Positions 12,142 to 23,449 of a stretch of DNA of 64,000 bases are shown here, piece after piece. Source of the DNA: Carcharhinus amblyrhynchos (Eukaryota); the NCBI GenBank assembly GCA_965287045.1, contig OZ336870.1, positions 121,520,001 to 121,584,000 on the forward strand. The letters are read 5' to 3'. The number at the start of each line of letters is the position of its first letter. Position 1 is the first letter of the stretch. The notes beneath the pieces were generated by a model, which saw only the letters and a program-made list of their open reading frames with translations, did no database searches and was not told where the DNA came from. Made by a program: the position numbers and the translations under genes.

Positions 12142-13789
12142 TGTGACTTTCAGTTTGTCTCTAGATCGGAACACATTGGGGATGTTGGAGTGCTGCAACT
12201 TGAAAGCATCTCGACAACTAAGTCTGGTGCAAGCCTGCAGGAACCTTTACTTGTGGTCACACACATAGAGGCTGAACACTGATGGAATAATGCCCCTTAT
12301 GGCTGATGAATGTTCCTGACTGATCTGGTGGCGCTCGGATCGCTGTGCATGGCCAATTGATGGCTCCGCGCTTGTGGGGAACCAGCCATAGATGTGAATC
12401 CGAGTGCCAGATCACGTTGTGACTATTATCATCACAGAGCAGGTTTATCTGCCTCCCCAGCCCTGGCAAACAAATCCTCAGTCATCTGCTGGATGCATTT
12501 ATGTGCAGCTGAATGAGAAAGAGGAAACAAAGACTTGCATTATTGCTGCACTTTTCATGACCTCAAGATGTCTCAAAGTGTTTTATAGCCAATGGAGTAC
12601 TTTGGAAATGAAGTCGCTGTTGTAATATAGGAAATGTTGAGATCCTCATATGCACAGGTTAGAGTTTCCTCCACTATCTTGGAGCACAATTCACATAAAA
12701 CTACCTCTCAGTATTTTCAGTGTTTACATTGAATCTAAATTGCGGACTGGCTAAGCTTTACTTTGTGTCTAATTACCATCACTAAGGGAGACAGAACTGC
12801 AGAGAACTGCAATGCTATCTCTGGCAGCAGAAATTAAGGATGGAATACAACAACGGTAACTTGCAATTATATGTAACGCTTTTAACATAGGACAATGTCC
12901 CAAGTCACTTCACTGTGGCCTAATTAGAAAAAAGTACAAGCTGAAAGGCTGCATACCAAAAGTACCAATGTGTGCCAAACTCTGGTAACTTATGGGGCTA
13001 TTAGCAGGAAAGTAATCCTCAAAGCTGCTAATGTTCATGAAAGGTGGGAAACTACCACTATTACCTAACATGGTCTAACTATACTTCTGAAATGGCCTAT
13101 TAATTATCCATGCATTGAAATCTGATGGCTTTAGATTAGAAAACCTGCGGCTATTTTACTTTGAAAGAATGCAACAGGAAGGGAATATTTTGTAAGCATT
13201 CTACCTATTAAGCCATATTGAAAAAAAATCTGCTCTCATTTAAGGTGAACCACGGCCACAGGTTGAAAATGTGGAGGTTTAAATTGGTGAATTTAGAATC
13301 AACATCAAGAAGATGGTCTTCACATTAAGCACAGTCATGTCGCAATCTTATTTTCCAAGAGTAATCCGAGGACGGCCTTCAGGGTCATTAGTGAAAGTGT
13401 AAGCCTTAACAATTTTTCAAAAGCCAGTTGCAAATGCTGTGGTTGGGAGGGAAAAGTGTGCTTTTCACTGTATTGATCTTGTGATTTTCTGCATATGACA
13501 TAAGCTCTTTGAATCAAATATCTCTATCTTTTAAAAGCTTATGACACTTGGTATTGTGCTATTTAAATACATGTCTCAGAACATTCCCTGCACTAAATGA
13601 TTGGAGAGGCTGCAATGCAATTCATTCCCATGTTTGTCCTGGGCTTACAGTGAAGCTGACCCTTCTCATGCGATGCTGCTAGAGGACCGATTTCATCATG
13701 CCGCACTTTTATCAAACTGCACTCCCAGTAGAGAAGTTTATCGGCTGAGAGCACATATTGGGAAAGTACAGGCCCATTCCCAATAATTT

Positions 13790-15306
13790 ATCAGGCTCAA
13801 ACTCAATCTGACTCCTCCTGTTGGGAGCAGTTTCGTCAGTGTTGCCACCTGTCAATAGCAGCAGCAAGTGCCCTCTGAGACTGGGCCACATTCTCAAGGG
13901 TTGCAGCCATAGCCCGCTGTTTCTCAGCACCGTCAAACTGGGTGTCCTGCAAGCTCTCGAGCCTCTCAGCCCTGGGCCATAGTACCTTGAGAATCTTGTT
14001 GAGTCCCTCAGCTGTGGCCCACTGTGGCTCGGCCATCGCTTGGAGCCTGCCACTCATGGTGAGGATTTCCTGCCCAGGCTTTCCACCGCAGATGCCACCC
14101 TTACAGTACAGGCCTGGGAACCACTCAAGGTAAGCAAAAGCTGGTCCACCTGAAAGCTTTGTGTTTGCTCCCAACAGCCTCTCAGTCAGTCCAGTGTTGC
14201 TGTCAGCCCCTCCTGCATTCCCTGGCCCTGTTGCTACATCTCCAAAAGCTGAGGGAGAAGTGATCTCAAAGGACCAGCATGTAGCCTGGGCCAGCTGAGT
14301 CCTTGACTCTGGTAGGGCCCCACGTGCCAGAGGCCTCGGACGTTCGCTCTCCACCCGATGTACATCAGCAGATGTGTCGTGCTGATCAGAGAGTGACCCA
14401 GGTGCCTCGCCACTATTTTGACCCCCCGATGTGAGAGTCTCTGGGATGGTGAATTGTGAGGTGGAAGCTGACACAAAACTGGTGCCAGCCTCAGAGGTCC
14501 TTTCACCCATGTCCTCCGAGGTGTCTTCTGAGCTGTCAGGGGCAGGATCGGTGGGAGCAGCAGTGGGGGCTGTGATGCCAGATGGCCCAGCCACACCGGG
14601 GTCCCTTCCTGCAACACAGGACACAAGATTAAGTGCAAGGGAGGAAGAGGAATCTGAGCTGCATGCAACTTACTTGAGATTTCTAAAGAGTGAAGGATGG
14701 GCAGGTGCTCACTCCTATGCTCCAGCCTGACAATGCTGTCGCTAATGGTCCATGTCCCCTCCTCTCCTGCAAGCTATAATGCCCGCTCCTCAAAGCAGGT
14801 GAGGACCCAGATCTCAGGACATCATGCTCTGTCTTCTCTTTCTCCCTGCAATTATGGGTATTATTCCCCTGTAGGGACAGAAGGAACCACGTGACGTCTA
14901 ATGGCATGAATCCTGCAGAGCTTCAGGGGTTGGCCTTCATAGATTGTGATACTCTTGTGGAGGGGTAGGAGAGAGATGCTTGGGGGTCAAGGGCTGAAAG
15001 CATGCAGGATGCTGGTGTTTGGGGGATTTGGGGGCAGTTAGGGGGAAGATGCTAGATGAGATTAAACACTCACCATTGCTGCCAGGACGAGGTCATCCTG
15101 TTTTCTGTGGCACTGCTCCCTGGTTCTCCAGCCAGTGCCCTGGCACTAACACATGCTGCCACCACCTCCCAGGTTTCATTTCCATTTCTTCCCCTGGGAC
15201 AGCATCCTGCTGGGGGAAAGAGGGTGTCCCGCCTTGTCTCCACTGCCCCCAGCAATCTGGCCAGATTAGTATCAGAAAAAGGGGGAGCTGTTTTCCTGGA
15301 GACCAT
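13790..15306 (-). pseudogene. Harbinger Myb/SANT-like DNA-binding protein pseudogene (exons about 15306-15074, 14868-14713, 14608-13790)
   Basis: Exon 1: MVSRKTAPPFSDTNLARLLGAVETRRDTLFPP..WEVVAACVSA, frameshift, RTREQCHRKQDDL, then a GTGAGT donor. Exon 2 follows CTACAG: HNCREKEKT..VLTCFEERAL with a frameshift and stop, then a GTGAGC donor. Exon 3 follows TTGCAG: S/T/P-rich, then heptad-like (ORF 13836-14624). Confidence 0.75.
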
Positions 15307-15911
15307 TTCCTCCTGCACTGCCTGCCTGTCTGTCCATTCTTAGGGTGTTTATGGAGCTGTCCCTTGTTAGGGTAGATCAGCGGCAGGCAGTGTGAGTGAG
15401 TCACGCGCCCGTTAGAGCATCCCAGCAAGTTTAATGCAGTTTGCCTTGTTACTATGAAGGGGAAGACAAGTCAGCACTTGAAGGCACGCTGATGGGGCTG
15501 GGGGATTTGTGCTTTGGTGAGGATCGGAGGCAGGGGGGAGAGAGAGAGGCACATGTCAGATAGCCACTGGGGCCAAGTTGGGAGGGGTAACGAAAGGGCA
15601 AAGGGGTCAGTAATGTTGGTGATAGGGGTCCCCAATGTCCACGGGGGAGGGATGGGGAGGCATTCTATCAACAGAGCTGTTTTCTTTTCCGCTTTTCCTG
15701 TGCACAGTTTGTGTCTCCAATCTGAGCTGCAGGCTGTCTGGTGAATTAGGCCCTGCCCACTGCTTCTAGCGGCTAGAAACAGTCTAGCCCATATTTTCAA
15801 AGACTGAATGCAAATGATTGGGCATGAAAACTTGCCCGAAAAACCAATCAGGAACTGTCCTGTTTTCACGCTAGCTAGACATTCAGAAAAAAATCTCGTA
15901 AAATTCTGCCC
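13790..15911 (-). mobile_element. PIF/Harbinger-type DNA transposon fragment carrying a spliced Myb/SANT gene
   Basis: One TIR-like end, AAAATTCTGCCC, finishing at 15911. GC-richer than the flanks. Contains the pseudogene listed next. No transposase ORF and no second TIR seen. Confidence 0.75.
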
Positions 15912-17086
15912 ATTGCCTGCTAAATTTGATCAGCAGGCCTTATATTTCCATTGGTCACAGTTTGATCAACTTGGAGCTATAAATGTATAAATTCCTGATA
16001 TAGGATATGAAACACTAGGCACTCACAGCCGTACTCCATGATTTTGTTTTTATTAGCGATCAATTAAATAGTTGAAACCTGCATCACTGAAAATGTATCA
16101 TGTTTTCCAGCTTCATATATTTTCCCAGTGTCCAGTGCACAGACCCAGAACCATATCAATGTCTGCAGTGAAGCAGCTGTAGGCTTCCTTCATATTACAC
16201 AGTGAGTGAGAAGCAAGAAAGCTGCAAAAAGCCACAGGCGGATATTTTCCTCTGCTTCCCCAAGCTACTGCAAAGGCCGAAGGTGTTTTGCAATGAGAGA
16301 TTCAATAAGGCTGAAATGTTACATCAAGGTGATCTCCACAGATACGCTGTTTTCACACAGAATGAAATCCAATCGCCTTCACATTGCGCAATGATGAGAT
16401 GACCAAACTTCAGTACAAAATGTAATCAAGCATTATCATGTTTTATTGAAGGTTGCTTTACAACAGCTACAGGGTGGTGCCCTTCCCTTGGCTGAAAATA
16501 ATCAAATTAAACTGACTCCCATCAACAAATGAAATATTCAATTTATCCTTCTCATTTTCTCTGGAAACATTGTATTCTTTCAAACTTAACAAAATCCTCT
16601 TTTACACTAACCACTATTTAATAGCTGCATCACTGTTTCCCTCTAATTAAAAATAATTTTTAAAAATCTGGCCCGAGTAGGATCAACCATTAATTGGCCG
16701 CGAATAAAAGCAGAATCATGGATCCAGGGTGTGAGTGCCTATATTCCATACATTTTATTAGCAATTTGTACACTTCTCAAAGTGAGACAAACTGTGTGAC
16801 CAGTGGAACTACAATGATCAACATTTAGCATTACTAGCAGGCATTGCGGTTTGGAAGTTTCAGATGAAAAAGTGGCATTGTGTTAGAGGATTGACCTGCT
16901 AACTGCTTTAAAAGCAGTTTATTATATAGATATTTTGAAGTTGCTGAGTGAAAAGTTCTTTTTTTCATTTTGTTACAGAGGACATTGAGAGCCAGAATGT
17001 TGCATGTTGCTGTTACATAATTGGATTTCTGCTAATGGGTTGATAGTGGTGGACACAACTTAAGGTCTTGAGCGATAACCAAAAAT

Positions 17087-17308
17087 TACTGTAGTGAAGT
17101 TACTGTGAAATGCCCCTACTCGCCATGGTCTGGTGCCTGTTCGGGTCAATGCACCTAACCAGCACATCTGGGACTGTGGGAGGAAACCCATGCAGACATG
17201 GGGAGAATGTTCAAACTCCACACAAACAGTGACCCAAGCAGGGAATCAAACCCATGTCCCTGGTGCTGTAAAGCAGCAGTGCTAACCACTGTGCTGCTGT
17301 GCTGCCCC
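17087..17308 (-). mobile_element. HE1/V-SINE-like SINE with alternative tail (3' truncated)
   Basis: Same head and core as 2094-2398, and the same GGGGCATTTCACAGTAACTTC tail type. Confidence 0.88.
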
Positions 17309-17757
17309 TGTATTAATAATGTGACAAGTATTTCTTTGCATAGTATCAAAGATTATTTTGTGTACGTACATATTATTTGAATTTAATGAATTTGTGCTTA
17401 TTCCGAAATTAAATCCTATGATTACTTCAGTTTTGATAGCCAGGCTGCCAAACTGTTTCCTCCATGCATAATCACAAGAACTTGTGATAATTATGGATAA
17501 GAAAGACCATTCAGCCCAATTTAATTCAATCATTAACAAATATCCTAATGCCAACCCACCAATTGCCCCATGATAGCATCCAGTTATCTCTTATATGATT
17601 GCAGGCTTTCACTTGCAATCATCAAATGGAAGTTCATTCCACAGCACATATTATTGTCAACTATCCAACACATCACACAGAAATTTCTTTATTGTCACTA
17701 TTTGAACAGAGGAACTGCTTCAGAGTTTAAGGCGGGGAAGCGACTGTTGGAAATAAC

Positions 17758-17885
17758 GGGTGGGATTTTCCAGCCGCACTCGCCCCAATTCCTGGAAAAT
17801 CCTTCTCGAGGTCAACAGATCTTTGTATGCTTTGTGTCCCGCTCACTATGATTCCCTTGGCGGACAGGATGCAAAAATTCCACCC
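17758..17885. mobile_element. MITE family B copy
   Basis: TIR GGGTGGGATTTT...AAAATTCCACCC (11/12 match). Confidence 0.7.
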
Positions 17886-19107
17886 ACTATGTTAATGTTT
17901 AGCAAATCCCTTTCTCAATGAAGGAACAATTTAACTCATTGGACGGAGTCTTACCTTAAGCTGTGGGTAATCATTCAAGCCAACTAACGCCCAGCTTTGG
18001 GGTATTTTTAAGACATCAATAGAATTTTCTTGGCATCTGATCTGCTCCCCCCAACCCCCGCCCCGAACCTGGAACTTGGTGTGCTCCTCTCACTGGCCCA
18101 ATGAATGAGCTGAAATGGCTACAGTCACGCCCATAACCATTCTCATGGAGCATCTTCCCCTCCACACTGATGCCCTGAAGATCTGTTGTCCTTCCTTTTA
18201 TTTAATAATTAGGTAGGGTTCCAAGAGTTTGAAGTGGGAATCTCCAGTTTGAGGTGCCTTTATGCATCTCCTACCTGCCTCAGCTGGGACAGCCACGTAT
18301 CCAGTACATCCAGCATCCGTAATGATGTTCTCCACTGGCGGGATTGGAAAATCTGGACCATTGTATCTGCACTGGCATTTGGCTGAACTACTTTTCTTCT
18401 CTCTTAAATTGGGAAATGCCTTTTTCTAATATATTTCCTACTCTTTCTTTAAAAATGCAATGGCTTCTGCCTGTTCCCTGGCCTCATGTCAATAACTGTG
18501 TAAAGATTAAATTACCTGTGATGAGCAAACCTGGTAAGGAGCACTGGAATTGGATATCTAGCGAGTCCAAAAGGATGCTATTTCACGAGTTGTCTGCGTA
18601 AATTCTTCCACCAGAGAATAGGCCACTCTAGGCTGGAGCTTTCCAGCCCACCTGGTTTTCCCATGACAGAAGCAGCTCGCATTGAACATCAGCAGGATCT
18701 TCTGGTCCTGCAAAAGTCAATGGCGATTTGCATGGCTGGCCTGTCCTGCCACTGGGGAATCCCCAGCAGGGATTGACTGGGAGATCCCACTAGCAAGAAG
18801 GGCCAGTGTTGTAAAGGTGATGGTAAAATTCTAAAATGTGAGACAATGATTGCTGAATACTAGAGTCTAAGCACGGGATGCTTGAACATCTACCATGAGT
18901 GAACTGCAGTGAAAATATGACTGAAATAATAATTGACCCGTTGATGAGATATGATGGGCCGAAATATTTGTGGGAGCCATCCCCATCTCCCAGTGTAAAT
19001 TCTGTGCAAGATCAGGGGAACACCACACAATTGTTTTAGGGCAATCCCTATGGAATTCAAGGTGTCTCTGTGCTATGTTCAGGAAAATGATGACAATTCA
19101 CTCATAC

Positions 19108-20230
19108 TCGGAATATAAAATACCGGAGCAGGCGTAAAGCATACTGCTCATCAAACCTGCTCTGTCATCTAACAGAATCATGGTTATCATTGGTTTCAGA
19201 TCCAAATTTCCAACTGCTCCCCATATCCCTGAGAGACCAAATATCTGTCTACCTCCATAAGACCTTCGGAGATAGGAACAGGAGTAGGTCATTCGACCCT
19301 TTGAGTCTGCTCTGCCATTTAATAAGATCATGGTTGATCTGACACACACTAAATCCACTTTCCTGCCTTATCGTCATAACCCTTAATTTCCCTACTGATC
19401 AACAATCTATCAACGTCAGCCTTGACAATGTTCAAGGACTTGGCCCCCACAGCTTCCTGGGGCAAAGAATTCCAAAGATTCATTTCTCTTTGAGAGAGGC
19501 GAATCTTCCTCAAATCTGTCTTAAATAAGCATCCCTTATTCAATGATTGTGCCCTCTGTCAAATCCCCTAAGATTCTCAGCCATTAATACATTCAATGAT
19601 GGAATAGCCACAATCTCTGGGATAAAGAATTCCACAGATTCACAACCTTTTAAATGAAGAAATCTCTATAATCACAGACCCAAATGATCAACCCCTTATC
19701 CTAGATTCTCCAATCAGCAGAATCAACCTCTCACTGTTTACCATGTCAACGCCTTCAAAGCTCTACTTGTTTCAATAAGATTACCTCTCAATCTTCAAAA
19801 CCCCAGAGAATATAAACTCAGTTTACTCAGCCTCTGGTGATAGGACAACCATCTTATCCTAGGTCCAATCTAAGGAACCTTCAGAATAGAGGAAAGGAGA
19901 CAGAGGAGATGTCAGGGGTAAGTTTTTCACTCAGAGGGTGGTGAGTGAGTAGAATTGGCTGCTGTCAGGTGGTGGTGGAGGCAAATTCGTTGGTGTCTTT
20001 TAAGAGACTTCTAGATGAGTACATGGGATTGAATGGGATTGAGGGTTATAGATAGGCCTGGTAGGGAAGGATATGATCGGCGCAACTTGTGGGCCGAAGG
20101 GCCTGTTTGTGCTGTAGCGTTCTATGTTCTATGTTAATACTGCCCCCAGGGGAAGTATATCCTATCTTAAATATGGAGACTAAGAGTACAATGTTCCATG
20201 TATGTTCTTGATTAATGTGCAACTGGAACA
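19108..20230. mobile_element. Cluster of nested CR1 3' fragments (two on -, one on + at about 19885-20134)
   Basis: LWNSLPQEAV motif (ORF 19349-19543). Two separate 3' UTRs on - (about 19110-19250 and 19257-19380). The + copy ends GGGCCGAAGGGCCTGTTTGTGCTGTAG(TTCTATG)2. Confidence 0.85.
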
Positions 20231-20254
20231 AGAAGTCTTTATTTTTCTATTCCT

Positions 20255-20935
20255 TTTTTTATTATTATTCCATGAGATGTTGGTATTACTGTTCAGGCTA
20301 GCACTTATCATAGAATCTCTACAGCGCAGAAGGAGACCATTTGGTCCATTGAGTCTGCATTGACCACAATCCCACCTAGGCCCCACATATTTATCCTGCT
20401 AATCCCCTGACCCTGACACTAGGATCAATTTAGCAAGGCCAATCAATCTAACCTGCACATCTTTGGCCTGTGGAAAAAAACCGGAGCAACCAGAGGAAAT
20501 GGGGAGAATGTGCAAACTCCACACAGACAGTGACCCAAGGCCAGAATTGAGTCTGAGTCCCTGGCACTGTGAGATAGCAGTGCTAACCACTGTGCCACCG
20601 TGCCATCCCACTTGTTGTCCATCCCTAATTTCCAATGGGAAGCTGAAGGTGAGTTGCTTCTTGAAGCACTGCAGTCTCTGCGCAACACAGACAGTGCTAT
20701 TCCAATAGAAGTTCAAGGATTTTGACTTAGTGATAGTGAAGGAATACCACTATAGTTCCAAGTCAGGATGATGTGTGGCTTGGAGGGGAGCCTTCAGTAG
20801 GTGGTGTTTCTAAGCTCTTGTCCTTCTAGGTGATAAAGGCCATGTGTTTGGGCAGTGCTGTCAAAGGAGGCTCGACAATTTGCTACAGTGTATCTTGTGC
20901 ATCCTGTAGATTGTACACACTGCTGCCTCTGACTT
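20255..20935 (-). mobile_element. 3' fragment of second-lineage CR1-like LINE, interrupted by a SINE
   Basis: 20620-20930 aligns with 23460-23765 (CATCCCTAATT..TTCTTGAA..CAAGTCAGGATG). Confidence 0.75.
20307..20607 (-). mobile_element. HE1-like SINE with CR1/HER1-type tail
   Basis: GGCACGGTGGCACAGTGGTTAGCACTGC head and AATGGTCTCCTTCTGCGCTGTAGAGATTCTATGA tail. Possible CACTT TSD. Confidence 0.9.
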
Positions 20936-23449
20936 TGTCTCCAATTATCCTCCGTCCCATCACTTATAATGAACCCCCCACCTGGCAATCTCATTCTGTC
21001 CTCACTTAGCTTTGGCCTGAAGTCCAAAGATGATCCTGAACCTCTAATGCGTACAGTGCCACCAACAGCCACCATTCCTGCTAGTGCTGGTGACACAAAC
21101 AGCTCTTGGCAGGGTGGGATTTCTGCCACCAGAAACCCCAATCGCAGGAAAGGCCACTGGTGTATTTAAGTGCCAAAAGATCTTCTGTTGATAGGGATTC
21201 TCTGCTGGTTCTCTGATTGGTGGGCATGTCTCCCCCTTCCCCTTCCCTATTGGTCTAACAAGGTACTGGCCAATGTCTGTGCCATTTCCTCATTTCCCAT
21301 AATTTCTACTGCCTCTGGAACTTAGGGACAAACATTTACTTTACCTACTCTCTTCCTTTTTGCATATATTTATAAAAGTTCTTACAATGTGTTTTACTAT
21401 TCTTGCAGAGTTATATAGAGAGGGCAGGATGTACCTCCGAGCTCCATGCAAAATTTTCTTTTGAAATAATTTGGTGTCTGTAGAAGGCCTGTGATAAATT
21501 CCCAGTGAATCTGGCCTGACACCTACCTTGCTCATCAGGGACACCTTTTACTGAGAAGTCTTTCAATTAGAATTAGGTCCTAGTAAGTACTCTATGAGAA
21601 TATCCAAGCTAATAAACTGGTCCCTACCAGTTTAACAGTCATAATTTCTTTCCTGACGGGCTTCGATTTCCTCCTACACAAACTGGATTACTATAAAAAG
21701 CTTAGGGTTTTTTTTGCCCATAATGACTTCAGGCATGGAACCTGATTGAATAAATCACACATCTGTATTTGTAGAAAAAAATATAAAATATAAAAAATGC
21801 AATGTTTGTAATTCCCGTATCACATCTGTCTAGGCAATTATAATATCCCTGTTGAAACACTCTATAAATTGTAATAATTTACAGCTAAACAATCTCTATA
21901 GTTTGACATGTGCATAGATCAGCTATTAATATTTTTAAGGAATTACATGCTCTTTGTAAGAGTTCATTGTGCTTTACTCTGATGCAGTAGAAACAGCTTG
22001 TTAAGAAAAAAAGATAGCCTAAGGCAACCAGTCAAGGGATTTACCCATCCAGAAGACAACCTCCTTTATGTTGGAAATCCAAATTTCCATGCTGTCATAA
22101 TATTGTTGGATCATACAAGTGTAAGCCTTTTCATGACTAGTAAAGGCAATCTTATTTTGTTATATTCAATCAATCCACAATATTGTAGGTGTGTAGAGAC
22201 TGAGAAAAGCACTTCTTCTCAGCGGAGGCTTATCTATCAGGATCTACTGCTGACTGGAAAGAAACTCCAGCCGGACCAGGGCAAGAGGTTTGCTTTAATA
22301 AGGTTTCAAAAACAGTTTGTTACCAGGGTCGATTGTTGTTCAAATCACATTTGTCTCACCCAACCAAGGATACTAAATAATAGAACATACTCTGCATGGT
22401 CAATACTGTGAATAAATCACAATGGTGAGTGCTTTTAGTGAATGTGGTTTCAATGTTGCACTGCTTCATCAGTGACTTTCGTACATAATTAATGGAGGAA
22501 TTAATCTATTAATCATTCTCTTTCTGCGCTAAATACTATTGTGACAAGAATAATATCAAACGTTACCTTAATGAAATAGTTCAATTCAAATTAAAGCTAA
22601 TCATGAACTTCCTTATGAGTCCAAGCAAATGATTAAAAAATGGCAAAGACACATCTGATTTGCAAATGGTTATTGTAACACTCGCTAATATGTGACAGAT
22701 GTTGATTCAACAAGCATTGCTTATTGTTTCCTCTAAAGTACATAAACCACATAATCACATTCTCTGGAACATGTCCCTCATTGTAAACATGTTTATTATA
22801 ACTTCCAAAAACAGCCTGGTGAAGATCTAGTGCACACATCATGTTATGATCTTTGCCTAAAGCATCTATCTGACAATCAATGAGACAGAAAAATAAAAGC
22901 AAATGGGTGAAATCATTATGGGATCTTTGCACTCCATCTTTCTTGGATAGCAGGGGTAGCGCATTATGTTAGGTGTACATCATAAGACTATGGTTAGTCT
23001 GGTGATTAAATTGAAAGGAAGGTTGACGTTATTGCCTAAGGAATATTTCACCTGAAAGAAAGCAGGACAACTTTCCCTGAATATCTTAGGCACCAAAGAG
23101 TCTCTCTGCCGGCTGAGTTGGAGCCTGAAGCTGAAACACTGGTTTAGCCCTTGGTTAATCTTGCAAAAGACATTGAAACCTGCACTAGGAACAACTGATT
23201 GCTGAATAGTTCACTGCCATGTAAATTGCCTGCTAGTACTCATTAATAAGAGATTGCCCAACACTTTTGTGACAATGTTTGACTTATTGTCCTCTTCTAA
23301 CAGCACCTAGCTAATCAGGAGTAAACAATTCATTGCAGAGGATGTTGACAGCTATTTAAAAGTAGAAATGAAATTGAAAAACCCCTGAAAATAGGCTCAT
23401 AAATTCTGATGCTCAGTTAACCCACACCCATTTTTAAAAATGAGTTTGT

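Noticed and set aside
21998-22430. 137-aa ORF and a nearby ATG|GTGAGT donor (22422-22430)
   Set aside because: The start is non-ATG, I recognise no homology, and single donor-like motifs are expected by chance in 64 kb.
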